From contig JAZDJS010000048.1 in the NCBI GenBank assembly GCA_043803745.1, forward strand, positions 1-64,000: a DNA stretch of 64,000 bases, in the 5' to 3' direction. Shown one piece after another: positions 30,079 through 38,859 of this stretch. The position numbers and the translations under genes are program-made. The notes beneath the pieces were generated by a model. That model was not told where the DNA came from. It saw only the letters and a list, made by a program, of their open reading frames with translations, and made no database searches. This stretch comes from an archaeon (GTDB taxonomy: Archaea; SpSt-1190; DYHY01). Position 1 is the stretch's first letter, and each line of letters starts with the position of its first letter.

Positions 30079-30773
30079 TCCGGAGCCTGTTCGAAAAATC
30101 CCCCGAAGCGCGCATCGAACGGGAACTCGTCCCGTTCCTTCTCAGACTTTCGCGGATTCCGAAGGGGACTCCTGCAAGGGCCCTTGTGGGCAGGGCGGAT
30201 GGGGGCGAAATAGGAAAGCTCCTGAACTCCGCTGAACGCGAATATCTGAAGGGTTCCGGCCGAAAGAGCCTGCAGGCGTGCATACTGAAAAGCTTCGGAA
30301 GGTTCAGGGGGAGAAAAGTTAGGATTTTCGCGGAAACTCTCGTGACCGGAATCTCGAACAACTTCGACGCGGCTGAGCTTGTCAGGAAAACGGCAAGCGA
30401 AATACAGGAAATCTCCGCGATTGAGGAGAAGGGCCGGGCTGCCCGCTCAATCCAGAAATACACAATCCTCGCCTCCTCGGGATTTTTCGTCCCGTTCATC
30501 CTCGGCGCAACAAGCTCGATAATCGTCCTGGTTTCCGGGATTTCGAAGGGACTTGCCGGCTTTGGAATCCGGACAACGGGAAGCCCGGAGCTCCTTTCCG
30601 GGACCCTCCTCGCATACTCGCTGATCCTTCCAGGAATATCTGCGGGATTCCTTTCCTTCGGGATCGAATCAGAAGGCGGCGGAAGAGTCCGGCGCTTCCT
30701 AAGACTTTCCGCGCTGCTTTCGGCTTCCGCGCTTGCGGCTTTCTTAATTGGAAAGCGGCTGCTTGGCGTATGA
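30075..30773 (+). CDS. second T2SS-F family (TadC-like) membrane protein
   Basis: IERELVPFL, C-terminal TM segments, translational coupling. Confidence 0.7.
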   Translation: MIRSLFEKSPEARIERELVPFLLRLSRIPKGTPARALVGRADGGEIGKLLNSAEREYLKGSGRKSLQACILKSFGRFRGRKVRIFAETLVTGISNNFDAAELVRKTASEIQEISAIEEKGRAARSIQKYTILASSGFFVPFILGATSSIIVLVSGISKGLAGFGIRTTGSPELLSGTLLAYSLILPGISAGFLSFGIESEGGGRVRRFLRLSALLSASALAAFLIGKRLLGV

Positions 30774-30910
30774 ACGCGGTGCCTGAAGAATTGGGGAAAT
30801 CGGACAATGAGGTGAACTCCGCGGGGCGTCGCGGTCGAAGACCGCTTGTATTTGAAAGGCTGGAAGATTCGAGCGGAAAGGATTAAAAGGTTCGCCGGCT
30901 TCCAGTTGGA

Positions 30911-31084
30911 ATGAAGGGAAAAAAGGCGCTCTCAACTCTTGAATGGATTGTTCTTGCGGCAATCGCAATCCTGATGATAACCTACGTCCTCGGCTACTGG
31001 TCCGGAATCTGGGGTTCGGCGACCGGGGCTGCTGAGAAGGCAAACTCTTCCTTCGCTTCCGCGCTGTCCAAGCTGTTCAAGTGA
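30911..31084 (+). CDS. class III signal peptide pilin (57 aa)
   Basis: Read manually: MKGKKA|LSTLEWIVLAAIAILMITYVLGYW...; basic N-terminus, Ala -1, Glu +5, hydrophobic helix. Not in the ORF track. Confidence 0.8.
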   Translation: MKGKKALSTLEWIVLAAIAILMITYVLGYWSGIWGSATGAAEKANSSFASALSKLFK

Positions 31085-31088
31085 CGAA

Positions 31089-31775
31089 ATGACATCCGCC
31101 AAGACCGCTTCTTCTGCGCCCTCTCCCGCCGCACCCGGCCCGGAGGACGCCCTTCTTTCGGCAATTTCAGCCGTCTTCGGCTCGGAGCCCCGGAAGAAGA
31201 ATATCGAGATAAGGAAGCTCGAAGCGGAACTCCTTGCGGTCAAGAAATTGAAGTCGCTCGGATATTCCATCGAATCGCTTGCGAACGTTGGCGCGAACAA
31301 GACGCCCTCGCTAGTCCTGAATGGGGGCTTGAAGGTCGATGTCAAGACAAGGAACTTCGGTAGCCCGACGGGTCTTGAGGATTTTTCGATAAAGAAGAAC
31401 GGCGCGCGGATTTCTGACGTCGTGCTCTGCCACGACCCGCTTGCGGGAGCGTTCTACGTCTTCCTTCGGGGAGAGGTGAGCCAGCTCTGGCTTGACGGGG
31501 AGTTCTACTATGCTCCGGACTGCTTCTATTTTTACCCCTGGAAATCCAAGGAAGAGGCTGAATTTTACGCGGGAAAAACCCGGAAGGGCCGGGCGCGGAG
31601 CTGGGGGCGGCTTTTCTCTAACAAGGACCGGTTCCTTGACTGGTCTGACGCGGTCCTGAATGCGGGGATTGGTAACTTCAGGGAAGCCTGGGACAAGCTA
31701 AAGTCCGCCGAAGCCGCCAAGCCCGCAAAAAAGGAGAAGAAGGAGCTGGACGTTTCGGATATTCTGATGAGTTGA
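31089..31775 (+). CDS. hypothetical protein, possible PD-(D/E)XK-like fold
   Basis: AELLAVKKLKSLGYSI...PSLVL...VDVKTR. Confidence 0.6.
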   Translation: MTSAKTASSAPSPAAPGPEDALLSAISAVFGSEPRKKNIEIRKLEAELLAVKKLKSLGYSIESLANVGANKTPSLVLNGGLKVDVKTRNFGSPTGLEDFSIKKNGARISDVVLCHDPLAGAFYVFLRGEVSQLWLDGEFYYAPDCFYFYPWKSKEEAEFYAGKTRKGRARSWGRLFSNKDRFLDWSDAVLNAGIGNFREAWDKLKSAEAAKPAKKEKKELDVSDILMS

Positions 31776-31783
31776 AGTTAAAA

Positions 31784-32218
31784 ATGGGAAAAATTTTTCT
31801 GAGGGAAGTAAACACGAGGGGAGAGATTTCAAAGGAAGCCCTGATCAGATACAGGGTTTTCGTTGTCGGGCAGAAGGTCCCGGAGGAAATCGAGATTGAC
31901 GCGCACGAGGATTCCTGCACGCACTTCCTCGCATTCTTCGGAAAAATTCCGGTCGGCTGCATAAGGGTCAGGCCGGTCGGAAGGAAGCTGAAACTTGAGC
32001 GGCTTGCGGTCCTTCCCGAATTCCGGGGGCGCGGCTTTGGCAGGGAAATCGTCCGGCTTGCGGTCGGATATTGCAGAAGGAAAAAGCCGTCCGGAATCTA
32101 CATGAACGCGCAGTACTACCTTCTGGAATTCTACAAAAAGCTCGGGTTCGAGCCAAGAGGGAAGACTTTCTTCGAAGCCGGAATAAAGCACGTAAAGATG
32201 GTCCTGAAGGCAGATTGA
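31784..32218 (+). CDS. GNAT N-acetyltransferase (ElaA/YjcF-like)
   Basis: IRYRVFV..Q.VP.E.EID, RLAVLPEFRGRGFG, FYKKLGF, EAGIKH. Confidence 0.92.
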   Translation: MGKIFLREVNTRGEISKEALIRYRVFVVGQKVPEEIEIDAHEDSCTHFLAFFGKIPVGCIRVRPVGRKLKLERLAVLPEFRGRGFGREIVRLAVGYCRRKKPSGIYMNAQYYLLEFYKKLGFEPRGKTFFEAGIKHVKMVLKAD

Positions 32219-32219
32219 T

Positions 32220-33728
32220 TTGAAACCGGAGGATTTTGAGCGGGTAAAACCGGGATTCTTCGCTCCAAGGGGGGCGAAGTTCGTTGGCAAGGCGAGAGGC
32301 CTCCTGGAAACTGCCGACCTGATTCACGAGCTTAAGCTTTCCTATCCGATCCCCTCGATTTACATCCCACCGGAATTCGCCGAAGGGTTCCTTGAGAGGA
32401 ACGGCCGTTTAGGAACTGGAAATGTGGGGGAAATGGAACCTGCACGATTTTCAACCGAGGAAATCTCCCTCCTCAAATGGATTTATTCGAAATATGAACG
32501 ATTCTGGGAAACCTGCCCTCGGGAATTCTATGGGCCTCTTGCGGTAAGGGGCGCGCTTGAGGGCGAGGATTCCCTTGAGACGCGCCTTCCGGGAGTTGGA
32601 AAAACCTGCTTCTCCTGGGAAGACGGGGTTGGCGAAAACAGGCCCGTCCAGTTCCTGAAGGCCGTGAAGAAGGTCGTTCTTGCGGGAGCGGGACAGCAGG
32701 CAGAGGAACTTGAAAGGGAATATGGCACTTCAGCAAGCCCAGGTTTGCTTATCCAACCGGCAATCGGAAGGATCCCTGAAAATCTGAATCTAAATGCGCG
32801 GCCGCATCACTCTTTCAAGCCGCTCTACGCAGGGCAATTGAACACTGCAAGGAGAGATATTGCGAAGCTTTCCGTTGTAAAGGATAGCCTTGGGACTGCC
32901 GTCGTAGAAGACACTTTGAGAAATGTTCCGACCTTCGCATACGACAAGGGGGACGGACGGATAACTGGGGGTCGGGGAGAGCAGGAAGACTCCGATTCAA
33001 TTGTCCAAGGGGAAATTCAACTCCATAGGGAAGCCCTCGTGTCGAACACAATTGAATCGCACGCTTTCCCCAAGGCACTTGTCGAAAGGGTTTTCAGGGA
33101 CGGGCTTGAGCTTGAGAGGAGGGTTGGCTACGGGCCGGAGCATGGCGCGCACATAGAGTTCGCGACCGAGTTCTTCGACCCCGTAGAACCTTGGCCCCTT
33201 TGCATCCTGCAGATAGCTCCGATAAGAAAATTCAGCTCGCCGGTTGAAATCCCGGCTGAGGCTGCAGTTGTTTCCGGCGAGCTTTGCGTCGGGAGCTCTG
33301 ACAGGACATACTCTCAGGCATATGTTCTGCCGACATATCTGAACATGCATGATCCCGACCTGAAATCCGCGACGCTTCTTCTTGCGGAATATGACCGGGC
33401 TCACGAGGGCTATCTGCTGGTTGTTCCGGACAGCTTCCTCAAGACGGGGGTTGAGGAGCAGTTCCGGGAAAGATTTCCGCATGCCGGAGGAGTCCTCTGC
33501 TTTGCCGACGAGTATCATCGGAGGAGCGCAGACACGCACTGGCTCGAGGGATACCGCGACAGAAAAACCCCGTTCGCGTCGGTTGTCGCCGAATATCCGA
33601 GGATGGCCCATCTGGGAATCCCGAACGACTTGTGGACCCCGAACAAAGGGCGGGCAATTTCCCTTGAGCGCCAGGTGAGGATTGTCACAGACGAGGATGC
33701 GGAAAATGTCTGGGTTGGGTTTGCCTGA
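32220..33728 (+). CDS. divergent PEP/pyruvate-binding (PPDK_N, ATP-grasp) domain protein
   Basis: GKARGL, PLAVRG...EDS, LLIQP..G, IEFA and LQIAP match degenerate PPDK_N motifs. Confidence 0.55.
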   Translation: MKPEDFERVKPGFFAPRGAKFVGKARGLLETADLIHELKLSYPIPSIYIPPEFAEGFLERNGRLGTGNVGEMEPARFSTEEISLLKWIYSKYERFWETCPREFYGPLAVRGALEGEDSLETRLPGVGKTCFSWEDGVGENRPVQFLKAVKKVVLAGAGQQAEELEREYGTSASPGLLIQPAIGRIPENLNLNARPHHSFKPLYAGQLNTARRDIAKLSVVKDSLGTAVVEDTLRNVPTFAYDKGDGRITGGRGEQEDSDSIVQGEIQLHREALVSNTIESHAFPKALVERVFRDGLELERRVGYGPEHGAHIEFATEFFDPVEPWPLCILQIAPIRKFSSPVEIPAEAAVVSGELCVGSSDRTYSQAYVLPTYLNMHDPDLKSATLLLAEYDRAHEGYLLVVPDSFLKTGVEEQFRERFPHAGGVLCFADEYHRRSADTHWLEGYRDRKTPFASVVAEYPRMAHLGIPNDLWTPNKGRAISLERQVRIVTDEDAENVWVGFA

Positions 33729-33743
33729 CTTGAGAATCAGCTA

Positions 33744-33992
33744 CTAGCGCCGAATCCCGCTGATTTTCCTTTTTGTTTCCAATCCGCGCGCGAAACTCGA
33801 AACATCGACGGGCTTCCTGATTTCTCCGGAAGGGAACACCGTCGCAATCTCGGGCCAGTTCCCGCCCTTGTCCTCGCGCACAATCAGGATGTGGTTCAAT
33901 TGCTTCGAAGCTGTCTGAGCTTCCTTGAGGGCGGTCGCCTCGTCCGGAAAACTGAACTCCCTCTTGTCCGGAAGGACGAATTTGCAAGTCAT
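33744..33992 (-). CDS. small hypothetical protein
   Basis: 82 aa with GGAGG RBS upstream. Confidence 0.65.
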   Translation of the reverse strand: MTCKFVLPDKREFSFPDEATALKEAQTASKQLNHILIVREDKGGNWPEIATVFPSGEIRKPVDVSSFARGLETKRKISGIRR

Positions 33993-34020
33993 GTTTGTCT
34001 TTCCTCCTTTGAAAAAATAA

Positions 34021-34569
34021 CTAAAGCGCCCTGAGCTTGAGCCCGGAAAGGGCAGCCTTCACCTGGGCGAGGAATTCGATTGCGCCCTCCTTCGTGAAAG
34101 GGGTCATTTTCCCGACTGCGAACGAGTCTAGGTTCCCGGAGAACTGGAAGCCCGCCTTGATTACCCTGCTTTTCAGGTCGGAAAGAATCTTGTCCAGCTC
34201 AGCCTTCCTCTCCTCTGGCTTGATTGCAAGAGCCTTCGTCTCGAGCTTGAATGCAAGCGAGCTTGCGAAATAAATCCGGTCCTTGTAGATGACAAGCGAC
34301 CCCTGGAAATCTCCGCCCGATTTGGCGAATGCGAGATTGTCGATTCCCGACGCGCCCAAGAGGATGTCCTGCGGACCTTTCAGCTTGAAAATCAGTTTCG
34401 TCAGGTCGGATTTGGGGCTCTCGTGCCTGATCGCGACAAGGCTTGAGAAACCTTCGCCCGCTCCAAGAAACGCCTCGGCAGCGCCCCTCAAGTTCGCCAA
34501 AAGCGCGTCGTTGACTTCCTTGGCTTCCCAAATTGCCCCGGGTGTAATTGCCATGATGGGATTCGCCAT
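34021..34569 (-). CDS. hypothetical protein
   Basis: 182-aa ORF, TATA-like ATATAA upstream. Confidence 0.7.
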   Translation of the reverse strand: MANPIMAITPGAIWEAKEVNDALLANLRGAAEAFLGAGEGFSSLVAIRHESPKSDLTKLIFKLKGPQDILLGASGIDNLAFAKSGGDFQGSLVIYKDRIYFASSLAFKLETKALAIKPEERKAELDKILSDLKSRVIKAGFQFSGNLDSFAVGKMTPFTKEGAIEFLAQVKAALSGLKLRAL

Positions 34570-34684
34570 TCCGCCCGGTTATATATGTTTTTTCAAGTTC
34601 CCGCCCCCAAACGACGATGTTTCCGGGTTTTTCCGAGAAGGCATTTATACGAAACGGCCCCAATACTGCCGAGGGAAGGCAAAA

Positions 34685-34978
34685 ATGATGCTTACAGTGA
34701 GAGAGGAACCGACGAAAATGGATTTCAGCACTTTCAAGGCGCGCGTAGTGGCCCTTGTGAACGAGCTTGACCGGACGGGAAACCGCGCCCAGACCCAGTA
34801 TTGCGGGCCGGACAGCGAAGTCGACAAGCTCTCTAAGACAACGAAGCAGTTCTGGCGGGCGAAGATTGAAATAAGCGGACCGATCGCAGAACACGAGGTG
34901 AAGGCCCTCCAGGAAAAGGTAATGCGGGACGAGGCAATCCAGGCGAAGCAGGGAATCATCAGCAGAAAGAAATTTTAG
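34685..34978 (+). CDS. small hypothetical protein
   Basis: 3' part of track ORF 34289-34978; ATG at 34685 after TTTATA. Confidence 0.55.
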   Translation: MMLTVREEPTKMDFSTFKARVVALVNELDRTGNRAQTQYCGPDSEVDKLSKTTKQFWRAKIEISGPIAEHEVKALQEKVMRDEAIQAKQGIISRKKF

Positions 34979-36522
34979 CTTCGGGCAAGCTCCCTTACCG
35001 CTCCTGAAAAATCCGCGCCAGCGCCGAGATATTTCGTCCTAAGGACCCCGTCTTTCTTGCAGGCGACAAGCGCTGCGCCGGGCTCCGGGAAAAACAAATT
35101 CTCCCCGCACGTATACCCGCGGGCGTTTGCAATCCGCTCATATGCGTCAACGGCCCTTGGCGAGCCGTGCACCGGGAAAAGGACGCCCGGGGCAACCGCG
35201 TCGATTATCCGCCCATAGGCTTCCCCGCACATAGGGTGCCCGCTCAGGCTGAAAACGTCAAAGGTTCCTCCGGGAATTTTCTCCCCCTTGTATGTTCCGC
35301 GCGTAAGCATTTCATGAAGCGGGCTGTCCTCCGGGGCGTAAACCGAATTGAGGATTACGATCCCTCCCTGACCGTACTTTATGTTGCCGGTCATAACCGC
35401 GTCAAGAAGGGACTTGGACTCTCCGGCCTGGCAGAATCCGGGGGAAACGACTGCAACGTGAAGTTTCTCGTCAGGGAAAGCATAGCACCAGTCGGCTGGG
35501 TTGCTGAAATTTCCTATCAGCGTTTCAAACGAATCCGCAAAAGGGCTCCCGTCAACGGCAGTGTATTTCACCCCGAGCCCGGCCCTTACAACGCAGTCCA
35601 GCTCCTCCCGGGGAATCCCGCTGCGTTTTATTGCATCTTCAATGAGCGCAATTCCCCTGTGGAAACGCCCGAGCGCGAAGTGGGGAAGGACGAGGCAACC
35701 CTTTTCCTTGGTTGAGTTCAGGCGCAGCATCGCGGATTTGACCGCTTCGACATAGCGCTCCTCGTTCTCGCTCCGGTCGTTCAGGTCAAGGGGCTTGTAA
35801 GCGGTTGTCATTTCCCCTGCGTGGATGTCCGCGTGCAGCCTTCCGAACTGGGCGAAATGCTCTTCGTCGAATTCCTCGTTTCCGGTTATCTGGGCGTAAA
35901 TGTCGAAACCCGTCGAAAAAGAAAGGCCTCCTTGCGATATCCGGAAGGAAAGCTGCCCGGGCAAGTGCTCGTATCCTTCGGGCTGTTCATATGCCTCGAT
36001 TCTCAACGGGCCCAGCGCCGTGCCAATCTCGATAAACTCCCCATCCGCTACAATTAGCTTGTTCTCGTCGATTCTTTCAACTGCCCATCTGGCGCGGCCG
36101 GCGGAATTCTTGGCTTTGCGTAGCTTTTCCGCGTTCCTTATTGCGGAGGGGAGTATTGCGTAGGTTTCACTTGACATTACGACATTGGGGCTTTTCCCGC
36201 CAAGTGAGTAAAGGAGCCTGACCAAATTGCCATAATGGTCGAAATGCCCGTGGGAGACTAGAACGTCGTCAACATCGGTCGGGAGGACATATCCGCCGTT
36301 TCTGTTTGTGGAACCGCCGATGTCGACCAGGATTTTCCGAACGGGCTCGCCGGTTTCAGCCGAACAAATAGCAACCTCAAGGCAGGTTCCGGCTTGAATT
36401 TCAGTTCCTCCGAGGGATCTGATTACAAATGCGCCGTCTCCCGATTCGCAGTCCAAGGTATCCCCTTGCTTAAGGTTCGTTCTTAGTATATAAATATTCT
36501 CTACTTTCAGGTAGTCATTCAA
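34975..36522 (-). CDS. MBL-fold beta-CASP ribonuclease-like hydrolase
   Basis: LVDIG, SHGHFDH, HLPG, D, SGH and PVHG motifs; start uncertain. Confidence 0.8.
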   Translation of the reverse strand: MNDYLKVENIYILRTNLKQGDTLDCESGDGAFVIRSLGGTEIQAGTCLEVAICSAETGEPVRKILVDIGGSTNRNGGYVLPTDVDDVLVSHGHFDHYGNLVRLLYSLGGKSPNVVMSSETYAILPSAIRNAEKLRKAKNSAGRARWAVERIDENKLIVADGEFIEIGTALGPLRIEAYEQPEGYEHLPGQLSFRISQGGLSFSTGFDIYAQITGNEEFDEEHFAQFGRLHADIHAGEMTTAYKPLDLNDRSENEERYVEAVKSAMLRLNSTKEKGCLVLPHFALGRFHRGIALIEDAIKRSGIPREELDCVVRAGLGVKYTAVDGSPFADSFETLIGNFSNPADWCYAFPDEKLHVAVVSPGFCQAGESKSLLDAVMTGNIKYGQGGIVILNSVYAPEDSPLHEMLTRGTYKGEKIPGGTFDVFSLSGHPMCGEAYGRIIDAVAPGVLFPVHGSPRAVDAYERIANARGYTCGENLFFPEPGAALVACKKDGVLRTKYLGAGADFSGAVRELARS

Positions 36523-36524
36523 GC

Positions 36525-37166
36525 CTAACTCTGGTTCCTGAGGAGTTTCGCAAGAGAAAACGCGCGCGAACCGTCGATTGCGAAAAGCGCCTCGGAAAGC
36601 CCGAACGGGGCAAGGTATGCTTCTCGCGGAATTTTCCCTGGGCCTTCGACAATGTGGCTTGCCCCCTTGAGGAGGAGGTTCCGAAGCCTTGTCGGGTTTT
36701 TCAATTCCCTGAAATCGGACAAGGTGAGGAAAAGGAGCGCTGGAAGGTCGGCAGGTCTTGGCGGAGAGTGCGCGCGGGCAAGGTATGCGGGGCAGAAAAG
36801 CTGCCAGCTCTCGGCGCCGGAAAGATAGAGCCTGCGGTAAATCACGGCCGGTTTCAGCTCATCTGAAACTCTGACGTCCCTGACCGAATTGTCGTAATCA
36901 ACGAAAAGCGTCCTCTTCGCCGATTCAAGCTCCGGCTTCGCCCCGGATTCCTCAATGCATTCGCGCACTGCTGCAGCGGGGAATCCCTCGTCAAGCTCGA
37001 CAGCCCCCCCGATTCCTGAGAATGTTACAATTGTTCTCCCCTTTTCCGTCCGCCAACGCTTCGGCTTGTCAACCGCGAAAACGAGCTTCCCGGAATGCTT
37101 GAGGATTACCGCCGAGCCCAGCTGTGCATCCCTCGGGGCAAGTTCGGAAAGGGGTTTTTCGCCCAT
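36525..37166 (-). CDS. NUDIX hydrolase
   Basis: Nudix box GGAVELDEGFPAAAVRECIEESG; likely ATG at 37166. Confidence 0.85.
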   Translation of the reverse strand: MGEKPLSELAPRDAQLGSAVILKHSGKLVFAVDKPKRWRTEKGRTIVTFSGIGGAVELDEGFPAAAVRECIEESGAKPELESAKRTLFVDYDNSVRDVRVSDELKPAVIYRRLYLSGAESWQLFCPAYLARAHSPPRPADLPALLFLTLSDFRELKNPTRLRNLLLKGASHIVEGPGKIPREAYLAPFGLSEALFAIDGSRAFSLAKLLRNQS

Positions 37167-37220
37167 TGCGGGGAAAAGGGGGCGAAGTAATAAATGCTTT
37201 CTCCCGGTTGGGCCCGGGAA

Positions 37221-38561
37221 ATGGCGCTCAGTATTCCCGCTGGAGGGTTGAAGCTCGCCCTTGCAATCCTCCTTGCCGGATTTTTCGCCCTCCTTGCCGC
37301 GCGGGTTTCCGTACTTTCCGGGGAACCTTCCGGCTGGGACTATTTCTACCATGAGCGGGTTGTCAGCCTCTCGATTGAGCAGGGGAAACTCCTGCCGTTC
37401 GACCCGCTTTCCGCCGGAGGGAGAACCCAGACATATCTTCCGTTCTATTATTCGCTGATAATTGCGACTTCCTTTTCAACCGGGCTTTCCCCGGAAAGTC
37501 TCCTGCGCGCAGCTTCGCCGTTCCTTTTCTTCCTTGCCGCGCTCTCAATTTTCATTTTCTCCGGGCGGAAGGTTTCGTCGCTTCTCGCCCTTGCGGTTTT
37601 CGCATCATTCCCGGAAATTCTCATGTTCGCGGCAGCCTCCGGGCTTCCCTCGGTTGCGAGTTTTTTCCCCCTTGCACTCCTTCTGGCAAGCTTCTTCTCG
37701 GAGGGAAAAGGCCTTGGGTTCCCGCTCGCGCTCCTGCTTTCAATCGAAGTCGGAGAATTCCATCTCCTGTCGGCGCTGGTCCTTGCGCTTTTCTCGGCAG
37801 CCAATTTCATTTTCAGAAAGAATCAAAAGGCGCTTTTCGTTTCCATCGCAGGCCTTGCAATTCCTTTTGCCTGGAACAAATTTTCAACGAAAACAGTCCC
37901 TTTCTGGGGGCGGGCTCCGGGGCTTGCCCGCATCCTCGACCCGCCGTTCCCGCTCCATCTCCTGCTCCCGGCGGGGATAATCCTGGCCGACCTTGCGCTG
38001 AACTGGAAACGAAAGGACAAGCTTTCGGCCGCGGGATTCCTGGGCGCGCTAATACTTCTTTCATTTTTCTCGCCAATCCTCCCCTCGCGGTTCGTCACAT
38101 ATCTCCCTTTCGCGCTCGCCCTTTACGCAACAACCCTCGGGAGCTGGAAATGGCCGGTCTGCGTTTCCCTTGCGGCGCTCCTTGCCGTTTCCGGAGCGGG
38201 AACTGCCGGAAACCTCGGGCCGATAATTTCCTCCGAGGATAGTGCCGCAATTGGCTGGCTTGACGAGAACATCCTAGATTCCACCGTTGTTGCCGGGCAC
38301 ACCGACCTCACTTCAGTCTTTCTCCTCGGGCATTCGATGACGATAATAGACGGCTATTCGGAGGGGCTTGCCGATGCCTGGGCGCGCCAGGAAGCAATCC
38401 GGCAGGCATATTCCTCCGGAGACTTTTCCGGGCTTGCCGAAAAATACGGGGCGAAATTCGTTTACACGAACAAGGCCGAGCACAGGTTCTTAGGGGAAAC
38501 CCCGAAACTGCCGAAAAATGCGCTTTTCGACAACAATTACGCCAAGATTCTGGTTGTTTGA
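37221..38561 (+). CDS. GT-C-type multi-pass membrane glycosyltransferase-like protein
   Basis: WDYFYH...DPLS..G...YLP luminal loop, about 11 TMs, C-terminal WL.EN domain. Confidence 0.65.
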   Translation: MALSIPAGGLKLALAILLAGFFALLAARVSVLSGEPSGWDYFYHERVVSLSIEQGKLLPFDPLSAGGRTQTYLPFYYSLIIATSFSTGLSPESLLRAASPFLFFLAALSIFIFSGRKVSSLLALAVFASFPEILMFAAASGLPSVASFFPLALLLASFFSEGKGLGFPLALLLSIEVGEFHLLSALVLALFSAANFIFRKNQKALFVSIAGLAIPFAWNKFSTKTVPFWGRAPGLARILDPPFPLHLLLPAGIILADLALNWKRKDKLSAAGFLGALILLSFFSPILPSRFVTYLPFALALYATTLGSWKWPVCVSLAALLAVSGAGTAGNLGPIISSEDSAAIGWLDENILDSTVVAGHTDLTSVFLLGHSMTIIDGYSEGLADAWARQEAIRQAYSSGDFSGLAEKYGAKFVYTNKAEHRFLGETPKLPKNALFDNNYAKILVV

Positions 38562-38859
38562 TTCGCGCCAGTGAAATTTCCAGTGACAAAATCTTTATAA
38601 CTGAAAAAGGGGCATGATGTCCTGATTGAAATGAGTGGTCCCACGAGTGGTGGTCTAGTTCATAGCTAGGCGGAAAGTAACATTCACACTCGAAGGAATT
38701 TTCGGTTTTGTTGTTCATCGCCATCCCTAGGACTTTTCCGGGACGGGCTTAAGGGCAGTCTTTTCCGGACCTGACTGATTGGGGTTTTCAGGATTTTTTT
38801 GATTCCTGGCAAAGAAAATACAGTAATGGAGATGAAAATAAGAATGAAGAGAGAAATGA

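Noticed and set aside
38308-38724. His-rich minus-strand ORF as a his attenuator leader
   Set aside because: Wrong strand relative to the hisC-like/hisS operon, and it overlaps a real gene.
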